This document shows positions 39,967 to 50,397 of a stretch of 64,000 nt of DNA, one piece after another. Source of the DNA: a virus (lineage: Duplodnaviria; Caudoviricetes); the IMG/VR virus record IMGVR_UViG_3300047565_000101, positions 32,001-96,000 of that record, one strand, 5' to 3'. Position 1 is the first letter of the stretch; every line of letters begins with the position of its first letter. The notes beneath the pieces were generated by a model. That model did no database searches and was not told the origin of the DNA. It saw nothing but the letters and a program-made list of their open reading frames with translations. The position numbers were made by a program, and so were the translations under genes.

Positions 39967-41226
39967 TTATGAGATGACTATATTATTTTCTGCAATATAC
40001 CACTGGTATGGTGTAGTTCTGATGTCGTACACATCTCTATTTACTTCAACTTGAATAGAGTCAACCTTAACGCTTGATATAGTTTTATTTTCTACATCAA
40101 TATTAATTATTGTGTCTCCAATTTCAATTTCAGCAACCAACAGATTGATGAATTTTCCATCTCTATCTACGATTATTGGCTGAGCTGCGGAGTAGAAAAC
40201 ATTTGTATCGTTAAATGCGATTACATCCTTGACATCCTTGTCTACACTGACGACATCAATCTCAATAAAGCTTATATTTGAATCAGTAGGAGTATCAATA
40301 ATATTATCTCCATCTAATCCAGCTGGATCAATTGTTAAAAGTTTATCTCCAGCTTGAATTAGCTTTGCTGCTACATAGCCTCTATCTGCAGTTAATATGC
40401 GTGTTTCGCCATCAATACACTTATATCCCTTAAAGTATGGGAAGTATGGGCCAAATGAAGGCGGGAAGTATGGGAATGAAGGTGGGAAAAATGGGAAGTA
40501 TGGAAAGTAAGGTGGGAAGTATGGTGGGAAGTATGGGAAGAATGGGAAGTATGGAGGGAAGAATGGCGGGAAGAATGGTGCTGTCGTTGTAATACTGTTT
40601 GAGTTTGCTGAATAAGCAGCGCTTCCATTACCATTTGTAGCAAGAATCTGATATGTTTGAGCTGTTCCAGCTGTTTCATCAATTGTACGTGATGTAGCAG
40701 AAGCATCCGCTGAATATGTTGGTCCGTCTGAAGACTTAATTGTGTATCCAGATATAGCTTTTCCGCCTGTTGCTGGAGATGCCCATGATACAACATCTTG
40801 ATTAGCATTTGGAGATGTAGCTGTTGGGGCAGACATAATAGCTGGAACAGTTGTAACAGTTACAGATGAAGATGTCACAGAATCTGATGATCCAGAAGCA
40901 TTTACTGCCACTACTGTAAATGTGTATGCTGTGTCTGACTTTAAACCCTCAAAAGTATATACAGTTGAATTATCTCCAGTTTCAACCGTATAAGTTGTTG
41001 GAGTTGTTGTAATTGTATAAGATGTAGCAGGAGGAGATGTTAGTGGAAGACCCCACTGTATTTCTACTGCACCTCCAGTTCCAGATGCGCTGGCAGCAGA
41101 TGTTGTATTTGCTGTAGCCAAATATGGTCTATTTGTTCCAACATCAGTGACAGTTAATGAGGTTACTTCCGATGGCTCTAAAAAGTCATTGGATTGAGAT
41201 GAATGTCTACCTGCTCTTTTGCTCAT
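39967..41226 (-). CDS. FN3-repeat protein with Pro/Phe/Tyr tract and C-terminal Hint domain
   Basis: FN3 motif GLKSDTAYTFTVVAVN; PFFPPFFPPYFP tract; Hint blocks CIDGETRI..G...A..I..GD and VYDI...YIAENNIV. Confidence 0.8.
   Translation of the reverse strand: MSKRAGRHSSQSNDFLEPSEVTSLTVTDVGTNRPYLATANTTSAASASGTGGAVEIQWGLPLTSPPATSYTITTTPTTYTVETGDNSTVYTFEGLKSDTAYTFTVVAVNASGSSDSVTSSSVTVTTVPAIMSAPTATSPNANQDVVSWASPATGGKAISGYTIKSSDGPTYSADASATSRTIDETAGTAQTYQILATNGNGSAAYSANSNSITTTAPFFPPFFPPYFPFFPYFPPYFPPYFPYFPFFPPSFPYFPPSFGPYFPYFKGYKCIDGETRILTADRGYVAAKLIQAGDKLLTIDPAGLDGDNIIDTPTDSNISFIEIDVVSVDKDVKDVIAFNDTNVFYSAAQPIIVDRDGKFINLLVAEIEIGDTIINIDVENKTISSVKVDSIQVEVNRDVYDIRTTPYQWYIAENNIVIS
40432..40578 (-). repeat. 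low-complexity coding repeat of (Y/F/S)FP(P) units
   Basis: Tandem degenerate CCATACTTC / CCATTCTTC units. Confidence 0.9.
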
Positions 41227-41266
41227 ATTTTCCCTGTCTACTTATATTTATTATACTATATTTATT

Positions 41267-43147
41267 TTATGCCGTAAGATCGCCATAAACAAGCCATGTA
41301 TTTGTATCACGCTTGAATAATGTCGCTGTTGACCATTGGGTTCTAAGTTTTAGTCCTGGAGTTGAATTTACTGTAACTCCAGAGTCTCCAGCAATTGTAA
41401 CCTGCCCAGTAGATGTCTGGCAAATATCAATTGATGCTCCAATTGGGAAGGCCACGGCTGAATTTGTTGGAATTGTAATTGTAGTTCCAGATGAAGAAGC
41501 TACCTCGATCATAGAGTCTCTTTCGCTTAGACTTGAAAGAGTATATGATTCAGTCTTATTAATAATAGGAGTTCTTGAAGGAACACCTTCCTTTGTCTGC
41601 GCTCCGTCAGAAAATTCAATTCCGCCGACCTTCATGGTGTCATATGTGACTCCAGAAAAATCAATTGCGTTATCTACTGGCTCTGGGGCATTAGAAACCA
41701 ATTTCCATTTTCCGTCTGAAGCATCACGAACAACACCTGTGTGGAAATGTCCAGTCTGAACATCTCCATATGCACCAAATATACCAATATCTAGAGCGTC
41801 TGTATCAAACTGCTCTGATGCAAGATATATAAGTGAGTCTGTGACCTCAAGGTTTGCTGTATCGACTGTAGTTGTAGTTCCATTAACAGTTAGGTTTCCA
41901 GTAATTGTTAAGCTGTCTACTGTTCCTCCTGCAGTTGTAAGAAGAACAGATGTGTCAGCTATACCGTGAATATCGGTTGTGTCAGAAGCATGTGATGAAA
42001 GAGTTGACGATGAAGCCTTTGCATCTAGTTGTGTCTGAATTGCAGAGGTTACTCCGTCAAGATAAGATATTTCTGTTGCAGAAACAGTTGATGATGATCC
42101 AGTTACTTTTTTAAGTTCAAAACCAGTATTTCCGTAGCCATCATTATTATATGAGTATGTTTCGTCAATTGTTGCATCAAGTGATCCGAACACGGTATCT
42201 ATGTTAACTACTGTCCAAACCTTTGAGTTAATTTCTGTTTCACCGCTCTTATATGCTTGAACTGTGTCTCCAACTTGGACTCCAGCACTATTTGGGAACG
42301 GATACTTATAAAAGTTAATTCCAGTAACACCTGCTGAAACAGGGTAAGTGGAAACTTCAAAACCTGTTTCTGTTCCAACGACAGTGTATCCAGAACTAAC
42401 GGTTATTGTAGGGCTAGAGAGAGTCTTATTAGAAATAGTCTGAGTTCCTGTTGTTGTAACAAGAAGGGACGTGTCTGCAATTCCATGAATATCTGTTGTA
42501 TCAGTAGCGTGACTTGAAAGAGATGTTGATGAAGCCTTTGAATCAAGCTGAGACTGGATTCCAGAAGTAACTCCATTTATATAGCTAATTTCAGTTGAAG
42601 ATACATCTCCAATTGTAGTTGTTGAAGGAAGAACTACGTCTCCAGTAAATGTTGGACTTGCCTTGGGAGCTTTTGCTGCATCTAAATCTGATATATCTGT
42701 TGTATGACCAGATACTGTAGATGCTAATGTTCCAGCAGCAGTATTAATATCTGATATATCTGTTGCAATTCCAGTTACTGTTTCTTCAAGAGTTCCAATT
42801 TGCCCTGATAGATCTTCATCTAATGCGTTTACAGCGCTTGTAACGCTAGAAACTGTAGCGTAATAAGTATCATCAATTTGTGTATTTGGAACTTTTGTAC
42901 TTGAATTAAGTGATGCAACACCGTTTGCAGCACCTCTATCTGATAGCAATATATAATCTTCAAGCGATGTGCTTAGGTCTGCTGGTGTAGTATTAGCATA
43001 GTCTGTGATGCTATTCCAGTTATTGCCATTTCCAATTTTAAATTGAAGTGTATCTGTTTCAATACCAATTTCACCTGCAAGCAATACTGGATTTGCGCTT
43101 GTCCAGTTTGCAGCGGTATCTCTTCTAAGTTGAATTCTAATTGCCAT
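41267..43147 (-). CDS. fibre-like virion protein with Mtd-N-like N-terminus
   Basis: IQLRRDTAANWTSANPVLLAGEIGIETDT; C-terminal WLVYGDL. Confidence 0.75.
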   Translation of the reverse strand: MAIRIQLRRDTAANWTSANPVLLAGEIGIETDTLQFKIGNGNNWNSITDYANTTPADLSTSLEDYILLSDRGAANGVASLNSSTKVPNTQIDDTYYATVSSVTSAVNALDEDLSGQIGTLEETVTGIATDISDINTAAGTLASTVSGHTTDISDLDAAKAPKASPTFTGDVVLPSTTTIGDVSSTEISYINGVTSGIQSQLDSKASSTSLSSHATDTTDIHGIADTSLLVTTTGTQTISNKTLSSPTITVSSGYTVVGTETGFEVSTYPVSAGVTGINFYKYPFPNSAGVQVGDTVQAYKSGETEINSKVWTVVNIDTVFGSLDATIDETYSYNNDGYGNTGFELKKVTGSSSTVSATEISYLDGVTSAIQTQLDAKASSSTLSSHASDTTDIHGIADTSVLLTTAGGTVDSLTITGNLTVNGTTTTVDTANLEVTDSLIYLASEQFDTDALDIGIFGAYGDVQTGHFHTGVVRDASDGKWKLVSNAPEPVDNAIDFSGVTYDTMKVGGIEFSDGAQTKEGVPSRTPIINKTESYTLSSLSERDSMIEVASSSGTTITIPTNSAVAFPIGASIDICQTSTGQVTIAGDSGVTVNSTPGLKLRTQWSTATLFKRDTNTWLVYGDLTA

Positions 43148-43584
43148 TATGCGTTACCTCCGTCAAGTATATCATTAAATGATGTTGAATACGCATTTCC
43201 TGCGTCATAGGATACTATTGAGCTATCTACAAAAGTACCATAATTTATATATCCAACTGTTCCATCATAATTATGCACGTGATCCAGCAATGCTTTAGGA
43301 CCACCTACATCAGACCAACTTGTGCCATTATATGTTTTAATTACATTTTCAACTGTATCAAAATATACATCGCCTTCTGCTGGTGATGATGGTGCTGAGC
43401 TTAATGTTCTAATTGAGCTAGCAGCTGTTGCTCCACCAGCCTGTGATAACTCAACCCAATTAGTGCCATTATAAAACTTTAGAGCATTTGTCGAAGAATT
43501 AAAATAAATAGCACCCTCAGTACCGCCAGAAGGATCTGAGTCCAAAACTGGCGGAACTATCGGTGTTAAAAATTTCTTTGACAT
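43147..43584 (-). CDS. virion protein
   Basis: Repeated G.(I/V)YF.....KxYNGT.W modules. Confidence 0.65.
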   Translation of the reverse strand: MSKKFLTPIVPPVLDSDPSGGTEGAIYFNSSTNALKFYNGTNWVELSQAGGATAASSIRTLSSAPSSPAEGDVYFDTVENVIKTYNGTSWSDVGGPKALLDHVHNYDGTVGYINYGTFVDSSIVSYDAGNAYSTSFNDILDGGNA

Positions 43585-43587
43585 TTA

Positions 43588-45249
43588 TTATCCTACTACT
43601 ACCACTCGATATTGATTTGATGTAGGAGCAGATGAGAATTTAATTGTTAGGGTATCTGCTGTTGCATGCTCAACATCAACCTCTACCTCTGCATATGGAG
43701 ATGCTGTTTCATATACACGAGCAGTAACATCTCTAGTATTTAAGCTATGTGTTACTGTATATGATGTTGCTGATCCGTCTCCAATTGAAACTGAATATTT
43801 TCTAACTCCATAACCTTCAGAGAAGTTAAGGTAGCCAGTAGCTATATCAAAACCAGTTCCAGCATTAATTGTCGCAGCTCCATTAGAGAATACAAGACCT
43901 TCTCCAAGAACTACCTTAATTCCATTGCTGTCTATATCTAGACCCGCTGCTGTATTTACAGTAGCATTGATTATGTTTCCATCAAGCTCAATTGAGTTTG
44001 ATCCAACATATGTTCCCTGTCCAGAGAACTGCACCCACTCTTGACCAGTAAAGTCTGTTAAGTAGTGGTTTGATTGTACCCATGAGGTTGAGCCGTATTG
44101 AGTTCCTTCAATAACAAATACTGAAGCTCCAACTAATTCACCAAATGCATCTGCATCTGTTGCTCTGACTGCTACAAGAATTGGGTCATTAAACTGAAGA
44201 ACATAAATACCGTTTTCTGAGTCTGTAGTCTGACCAGTAAGCAATATTCTATAGCCAGCGTCATTTGAATCAAGCGCCCCGTGACCATCAATTACAACTC
44301 CTGCTACATCTCCTGAAATATCAATATTTGATGTTGCAAGAAGATTTACTGATTGCTTCCAGTTTAATCCAGCTACTGCTGAATCTACATAACGCTTATT
44401 TGCCGCATCTTGTGCATCAACTGGATCTGCAAGGTTTGTTACCTTATTATTATCTGCATCTAGATGTGCATCTAATACTGTTCCAGATCCTAGTGTCTTG
44501 TTTGTAAGTGTTTGTGAATCTGATGTTGTTACAACAGTTGAGTCAATATCTACTGTTAATGTTCCCGCCGAGTCATTATATGTTACATCAATTCCAGTTC
44601 CGCCATTTAATAGGCCTGCTGTAATATCCTGTACACGCTCAGCATTTAGTGTTACTGCACCATCTGTTACAGTAAAGTCTGTTGAGTTAAAGCTTGCAAT
44701 ACCCTTATTTGATGATGTTGCGTCTTCTGCTGAAATAGTTACTGTATCTACTGTAGCAACTGGGCCAACCTCAACATTAATGCCTTCACCGCCAACAAAT
44801 GCTAAGGTCTCTGTTAGAAGGTCTACTGAACCAGTTCCAGTATCTCCAGAAACATTTAATGTTGTAGCAATATCTTCTGAGCCTGCAGCTGTTAAGCGGC
44901 CTTGCTCATCAACTGTAAATGTTGGAATTGCTGTTGCTGATCCATAGCTTCCAGCTGTTACTGCTGTATTATCAAGATCAATTGTTGTTGTTCCAGCTGA
45001 GTCATTATATGTTGCTGTTAGGCCAGTGCCTCCAACTACAGCAGAGCCAATTACATCTTGGATTACTTCTGTTGAGCCAGAAGCTGGGATCCATGAAGAT
45101 CCATTATAAAAGTATAGTACGTTTGTGCTTGTGTCAAAGTATATTTGACCAGCTACTGGGCTAGATGGCGCAGAGCTGAGATTTTGAATTCTAGCGTTTA
45201 AGAGCTCATTTTTATTGAGGTCTAAACTAACTACAAATTTTCTTGCCAT
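43588..45249 (-). CDS. fibre / decoration-like virion protein
   Basis: [16 protein letters not shown] and HSLNTRDV modules. Confidence 0.7.
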   Translation of the reverse strand: MARKFVVSLDLNKNELLNARIQNLSSAPSSPVAGQIYFDTSTNVLYFYNGSSWIPASGSTEVIQDVIGSAVVGGTGLTATYNDSAGTTTIDLDNTAVTAGSYGSATAIPTFTVDEQGRLTAAGSEDIATTLNVSGDTGTGSVDLLTETLAFVGGEGINVEVGPVATVDTVTISAEDATSSNKGIASFNSTDFTVTDGAVTLNAERVQDITAGLLNGGTGIDVTYNDSAGTLTVDIDSTVVTTSDSQTLTNKTLGSGTVLDAHLDADNNKVTNLADPVDAQDAANKRYVDSAVAGLNWKQSVNLLATSNIDISGDVAGVVIDGHGALDSNDAGYRILLTGQTTDSENGIYVLQFNDPILVAVRATDADAFGELVGASVFVIEGTQYGSTSWVQSNHYLTDFTGQEWVQFSGQGTYVGSNSIELDGNIINATVNTAAGLDIDSNGIKVVLGEGLVFSNGAATINAGTGFDIATGYLNFSEGYGVRKYSVSIGDGSATSYTVTHSLNTRDVTARVYETASPYAEVEVDVEHATADTLTIKFSSAPTSNQYRVVVVG

Positions 45250-45261
45250 GTTTATCTCCTT

Positions 45262-45705
45262 TTAGGACAGGTACGCTGTCCCTGAAAATGGTTGCGCCAT
45301 TGTCAGTGTTATTGTATTTGTATTATTATAATCTATTCCAGTCTCTAATACATCTCCTGCGCTTGTCTTAACTGTTACATTAGGATTAAAGCCTAGATTA
45401 TGTGTTATGGAAACCGAATATACTCCACTTACTGGGCCTGTTACTTGTGATAATTCCCAGGACGTAGTATATGAAACTTCTGTGTTTAATTTATATGAGG
45501 TTGCGCCAGACCATGTTATATCAGATGGCTTTGGACCATAAAACATGGTTGTATCTAGATCATAGTAGAAATCTCCAGCTAGCCCCAAATTATTTGCAGG
45601 GACCCCTGAACCATTTAATATTCCTTTACCTCTTGGGCCCTGTGGACCAGGTGATGAAACTATTACATTGTTTACTGTCTCAGTTACGATTACTTTTTCT
45701 GCCAT
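45262..45705 (-). CDS. virion protein with a short collagen-like motif
   Basis: GPQGPRG; HNLGFNPNV. Confidence 0.6.
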   Translation of the reverse strand: MAEKVIVTETVNNVIVSSPGPQGPRGKGILNGSGVPANNLGLAGDFYYDLDTTMFYGPKPSDITWSGATSYKLNTEVSYTTSWELSQVTGPVSGVYSVSITHNLGFNPNVTVKTSAGDVLETGIDYNNTNTITLTMAQPFSGTAYLS

Positions 45706-46055
45706 TATATAGTCACCGACCTACTCAAAGAAATAAAGCCTTCCAACATCTTAGTTTTATTTCCATTAGAATCAACGATCATAATGTCATAAGATGACTT
45801 TGGATAGAATAGCTTATTCGTTTGAGTAGGTGTAGCAACTATTTCAAGAAGTCCTTCTGGACCATCAATTGTAATTCCACCAGATGGAGATGTTAGCGTA
45901 AACGCTATCTTGCTTCCACCCTTTGTATCTCTAACCTGCATTTTTGCAGTCGCACCAGTAAGATCGATGGGAGTAACCTCATCATCCTCTGTGTACTGAA
46001 TCTGAAATCTGAAAGTAGTATTTTGATCTACTTCCCAATTCTTTTGTTTTGCCAT
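45705..46055 (-). CDS. virion structural protein (BppU-N-like)
   Basis: PIDLTGATAKMQVR...YDI pattern. Confidence 0.6.
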   Translation of the reverse strand: MAKQKNWEVDQNTTFRFQIQYTEDDEVTPIDLTGATAKMQVRDTKGGSKIAFTLTSPSGGITIDGPEGLLEIVATPTQTNKLFYPKSSYDIMIVDSNGNKTKMLEGFISLSRSVTI

Positions 46056-46128
46056 TTGCCAAAATCTCCTAAAATAGGAAAACTCCTGTACTTATTTTAG
46101 CACAAGAGTCTTCCTAATTAGTTATATA

Positions 46129-46371
46129 TTACTTATTTGTAAAACCAAAGTTTTTATCGTTTGGATTTAGAGCCTTTAGAATAACTGGAGCTACTGCTGC
46201 AACGCCTGCAGCAAGCAAATCCTTTGGATTTGTGTTTCCAGTCATATAAAGAGCCATAGCAGCAGCCAAGAATGCTCTACCGTATGTTCCTAATGCGTTA
46301 AGAATCTGTTCTTGCATTGTAACTTTCCCATCTTTGTTTAGATCAGCCTTATCAAATTTCTTTGTAGCCAT
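46129..46371 (-). CDS. small membrane protein, putative holin, with an EF-hand loop
   Basis: Two hydrophobic helices, LNPND..FG C-terminus, DLNKDGKVTMQE loop; RBS before 46371. Confidence 0.55.
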   Translation of the reverse strand: MATKKFDKADLNKDGKVTMQEQILNALGTYGRAFLAAAMALYMTGNTNPKDLLAAGVAAVAPVILKALNPNDKNFGFTNK

Positions 46372-46433
46372 GTCGATCTCCTTTGTGGCACCTTGCCAAC
46401 GGATTTGAGCTTTCACCCAATACTATTCTACCA

Positions 46434-48377
46434 TCAGGACGATATATCTACAATTTCACAATTGCCGTCTGATGTACATGCTAGCGTTTGAGTACCACTT
46501 GTACCGTCTTCTGTTTCATAGAAAGATAAATCTTCCCATCGAATGCTTTCTGGCATTCTAGCTAGCAATTCTTCATATTCTTCCTTTGTAACTTCCTGGT
46601 ATGGAGCCTGCTTGTATGTATGATCAGAGTGAGGCAGGAATGAAATTCCAGAAACCTCATCAAAGTGCTTGTATACCCAAGCTCCAACTTCCATCCACTC
46701 TTCCTCTTTTACAGAAACTGTAATTGAAGGCTTATGTTCACACCAAGCACGTTGATAAACAAGCCAAATATTCAAGTGATCAATTGCAGTTAAATCATTT
46801 CTTGTAATTGCGCCTTCTGGTGCCTTTACTGGGAATGAGAAAACAGAAGTGTCATTTGGCTTCATAACATCATCTTCTACTGGGATACCAACCTCAGTCA
46901 AGAATGTTGTAATTGGGTCCTTCTTGTCTCCACGTACTGTTCTAATGTAGTAATCAGAATGCCATGCATGCATTCCTGAGCTAACCCCGACCAATTGAGA
47001 TACTGTTCCAGAAGGCTTTACACATGTAATAGCTGCAGACTCAGGAATCCCAATTTTCCCTGCCTCTTCTGAGTTAATTGTTCTTGCATACTCACGAAGT
47101 CCAGTTAAAACTTCTTCAAGCTTTGCAAGATTTTCCTTACCAGAAAAGAACTTGTGGCCAAACTGTCCTGTGAGTGAAACTCCAAGAAGTCGTTCTTCTT
47201 CTGTATTATCCTTCCAGATCTTTCTTAAGTACTTAAAGTCTGTCAGTGTTGATTGCCATGTACCAAGAATTGTTGCAAGGCGTACTTTATTTGAAACATC
47301 CTCAATTGTATCCTCTTCACGTAATACGACTTCTGAAAGATTACAAAACTGGTAAGGACGTAAAATAATTTCTGAGCATGGGTTCGTTCCATAATGGACT
47401 TCAGGGTCTCTACGACCATACTTAGCTGCTTGCGCCTGCGCTGCTGCAACATTATAGATTCCACGTTCGCCAGACTTCGAGTCATATAAAGATTTCCATT
47501 CCGCTATGAACTGCTCCATATCTGGCTTACGAGAATATGCAACAGAGTTGTTTGATAATGCACGTTGAGAATTGTTTTCCCACCAATTGCCAGCCTTAGC
47601 CTGAGCCATTTCAATATCGTTGATATTTGAAAGAGAAATCATTGCTGATCTACGAACTCCTCCAACTACAACAATCTCACCAATCTTACACATAATATCA
47701 TGTGCTTCAATTGGCTTAAGCTGACGACCTGCTGCTGACTTAAACTTAGCAATTGTAAAATCAAAAAGATTAATTAGTGGTTGTGGGCCAGATGATCTTC
47801 CACCCATTGTCTTTAAACGTGCACCTGCTGGACGAAGCTTGCTTACATCAATAGCTGGAATCTGTCCAGACCAAAGCAATGCAAGAAGTTCACGATACGC
47901 CTTTGCCCATCCTTGCTTTGAATCTTCAACTGTAATAACTGTTGTAGACTTATCAAAAGAATCTGGGACGGCGGGAAGCTTATTAACATACTTATACTCA
48001 ACAGAGAATCCAACGCCTGTTCCACACATAAGAATATACATTGTTTCATCAAATGATCTTGGTGAATCTACTGGAACGAATGAGCAGTTATATCCAGCAA
48101 CATGATCTCTATCTAGAGCTGCACCAGCGGTCATTACAGAACGCATTGATGGCATAACATTTCTATTAAATACAGCTGACTTTAATTCTTCAACAATCTT
48201 TGTATCTGGAACATAGTTCATTGTTTTGAGGTGTGACAGCATGAAATCAAAATATCTATCAACGGTCTCACCCCATACTTCTCTACGATTCTCTTCTGGT
48301 ATCCAACGTGCATATCTTGAGAGAGCGATAAAATTCTCATAAGGATTTTCAATAGTTCTTGACATTTTTGGTGACAC
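46434..48377 (-). CDS. nrdJ: class II (adenosylcobalamin) ribonucleotide reductase
   Basis: NCSF, GGVRRSA, NPCSE and TCVKPSGT motifs; C-terminal Cys pair. Confidence 0.93.
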   Translation of the reverse strand: MSPKMSRTIENPYENFIALSRYARWIPEENRREVWGETVDRYFDFMLSHLKTMNYVPDTKIVEELKSAVFNRNVMPSMRSVMTAGAALDRDHVAGYNCSFVPVDSPRSFDETMYILMCGTGVGFSVEYKYVNKLPAVPDSFDKSTTVITVEDSKQGWAKAYRELLALLWSGQIPAIDVSKLRPAGARLKTMGGRSSGPQPLINLFDFTIAKFKSAAGRQLKPIEAHDIMCKIGEIVVVGGVRRSAMISLSNINDIEMAQAKAGNWWENNSQRALSNNSVAYSRKPDMEQFIAEWKSLYDSKSGERGIYNVAAAQAQAAKYGRRDPEVHYGTNPCSEIILRPYQFCNLSEVVLREEDTIEDVSNKVRLATILGTWQSTLTDFKYLRKIWKDNTEEERLLGVSLTGQFGHKFFSGKENLAKLEEVLTGLREYARTINSEEAGKIGIPESAAITCVKPSGTVSQLVGVSSGMHAWHSDYYIRTVRGDKKDPITTFLTEVGIPVEDDVMKPNDTSVFSFPVKAPEGAITRNDLTAIDHLNIWLVYQRAWCEHKPSITVSVKEEEWMEVGAWVYKHFDEVSGISFLPHSDHTYKQAPYQEVTKEEYEELLARMPESIRWEDLSFYETEDGTSGTQTLACTSDGNCEIVDISS

Positions 48378-48450
48378 CTTTTCTCCGCCTAACGGTTAAT
48401 TAAATTTTGTGAAGTATAAGTGTACCAAACTTTTTTTTAATGGTCTAGGT

Positions 48451-49440
48451 CTACGAGAACTTTTTTACAATATGGTCAAAAGCATTATTGGTCAACTGAT
48501 TCCAGTTATATTCATCATGAATTTTACTAGCCTGCGCCATATAGTAACTTGAATATGGCTTAAAGTTTGATGCCACATCAAACATAAGGGCTCTTAAATC
48601 CTGATAGTCTGGCTCAAACACTTTTCCTTCATGAGGGAATGGCCAAGGAGAATCTATCAATGTTGACTTTAGCTTTAGTGGTCCAAGATACTTTTTATAA
48701 TGAGCCCACTCTCCAACGCATATTGTTGGCATTCCAGTAGCAAGAGCTTGAAGCGGAATAAATCCAAAGCCTTCACCATAGCTAGGGTATACAAGAACAT
48801 CATGATCATAATAAAGTTGCAACATTTCTTCTTGACTATAGTCATCAGTAATTATTTTTATGTTGCTATACATCTGGTCTGGTAAACCGATGATCTCTCT
48901 ATCAATATAGTTGTTAAATAATCTCGTTGTATTATTCTTATACGCTTTTATTGTTAATGAGTACCCTGGCTTATTCCCATACAAACTAACAAATGCATCA
49001 ACTACCATTTGTCCAGCTTTTCTTGGTGCTGGCTCTCCTACATGCAGAAACTTAATCGTTTCTGATTCCGCTCTTTTGCGTGGCTTCCACATTGGATCTA
49101 TTCCATGTGCATAAACCCTTACATCTTTTATTCCGTTATCTTCAAAAACATTTGCACACCAGTCTGATGTTGTCCAGATTTCATCACAAGCCATCATGTT
49201 TGGCTTCCACTCTTCTGGCACTACAGTTGACTCCCATGGAGTGTATCCAATCTGATACTGGTTTCTATGCATCTTAAAATGTGTTGGCTGAGAGAAGTTT
49301 AGCTGTACTGGAGCAGATGGAGCTTGATATGGAGTTTGATGTCCAAGCTCATTTAATGAATCTATTATAGAATGAGCTGCTGATCCATATCCAACAGACT
49401 TGTTAAAGTTTGCTCTAAGCGTAGAAAATGAAATTTGCAT
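48451..49440 (-). CDS. GT-B (GT4-like) glycosyltransferase
   Basis: PRKAG, PSYGEGFGFIPLQALATGMP. Confidence 0.88.
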   Translation of the reverse strand: MQISFSTLRANFNKSVGYGSAAHSIIDSLNELGHQTPYQAPSAPVQLNFSQPTHFKMHRNQYQIGYTPWESTVVPEEWKPNMMACDEIWTTSDWCANVFEDNGIKDVRVYAHGIDPMWKPRKRAESETIKFLHVGEPAPRKAGQMVVDAFVSLYGNKPGYSLTIKAYKNNTTRLFNNYIDREIIGLPDQMYSNIKIITDDYSQEEMLQLYYDHDVLVYPSYGEGFGFIPLQALATGMPTICVGEWAHYKKYLGPLKLKSTLIDSPWPFPHEGKVFEPDYQDLRALMFDVASNFKPYSSYYMAQASKIHDEYNWNQLTNNAFDHIVKKFS

Positions 49441-49520
49441 ATAAATCTTTTCAGTTGACTAACTTGACAGTAACTTACTGACAATGATACTATTATAGTT
49501 CGTTATCTCTAAAGGAGGAA

Positions 49521-50084
49521 ATGCCAATGGAGAATAAAAAACAGCAGTTAAGCGATGTTGTACATCACTGGACAGCAATCATAATGGTAACATTATTTTT
49601 GTTTCCCGTCCAGCCAGCAACAGCCTTACCTGCACCAGCAGTAAAAACTGAATACCAATTAAAGCAAGCGACGTTGCATAGACTAAGTACTACAAAATAC
49701 ACGGCTAAGCAGCAGCTCACAGAGAAAGATCTTATAGGCCTTCTTAAGGCGGTAGGATTTGAAGGTACAGGTCTTAAAAAAGCTTGGGCCATAGCAAAGA
49801 GGGAATCTAATGGACGACCACTTGCATATAACGGAAACAGAAAAACTGGAGATAGTTCCTATGGAATATTTCAAATTAACATGATAGGAAGTCTGGGAAC
49901 AGATAGACTAGAATTGTTTAAGGAGAAATTTAACATGAAAACTAAAACTGAGTTATTCGACCCAGTAACAAACGCAGAGATAACGTACTACATGACCAAT
50001 GGCGGAAAAGATTGGTCAAGCTGGAAGGGCCTAACCCCTAAAGCTAAGGAATGGCTTAAGCTATTCCCGAATAACCTAGCATGA
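49521..50084 (+). CDS. lysozyme-like / lytic transglycosylase with N-terminal signal or anchor
   Basis: AIAKRESNG, YGIFQIN, DPVTNA and WSSW motifs. Confidence 0.8.
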   Translation: MPMENKKQQLSDVVHHWTAIIMVTLFLFPVQPATALPAPAVKTEYQLKQATLHRLSTTKYTAKQQLTEKDLIGLLKAVGFEGTGLKKAWAIAKRESNGRPLAYNGNRKTGDSSYGIFQINMIGSLGTDRLELFKEKFNMKTKTELFDPVTNAEITYYMTNGGKDWSSWKGLTPKAKEWLKLFPNNLA

Positions 50085-50305
50085 GAGGTATAATGCACAT
50101 ACAATATGTGTCTAAATACATAGCTCTTTCTGAAGAGGGCCTTGTTTCTAAGATGGAATGTCCACTAGACCAAGGTCCTCTTTTTTGCAATCAAGATCAT
50201 GATGAGTCTGTATTCTTATATTGCTTATCATGTGATTACAAAAAGACTCTTGGAGCTTCAAATTTGGACAAAATTAAAAAAGAGGTAGAAGATGCTTTGC
50301 GGTAA
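50081..50305 (+). CDS. small zinc-binding hypothetical protein
   Basis: CPLD...CLSC. Confidence 0.6.
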   Translation: MRGIMHIQYVSKYIALSEEGLVSKMECPLDQGPLFCNQDHDESVFLYCLSCDYKKTLGASNLDKIKKEVEDALR

Positions 50306-50397
50306 CGATAAAGTAAAAATTGAATATGAACATGATCCTATTCCAGTTACAGATAACGCTGGAAGAGAAATTTTTTGGGAAGATATAGGGAGAAAAG

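Noticed and set aside
39967-40419. Canonical splicing intein
   Set aside because: No terminal His-Asn, no C-extein and no homing endonuclease; treated as a cleavage-only Hint
33524-43147. Diversity-generating retroelement suggested by Mtd-N-like modules
   Set aside because: No reverse transcriptase and no adenine-specific TR/VR pair seen
105-49277. Many plus-strand ORFs antisense to structural genes (e.g. 1184-1603, 27662-28258, 41313-41759) and alternative-frame ORFs (6069-6710, 40392-40808)
   Set aside because: Shadow ORFs of codon-biased or repetitive real genes, with no RBS or motifs
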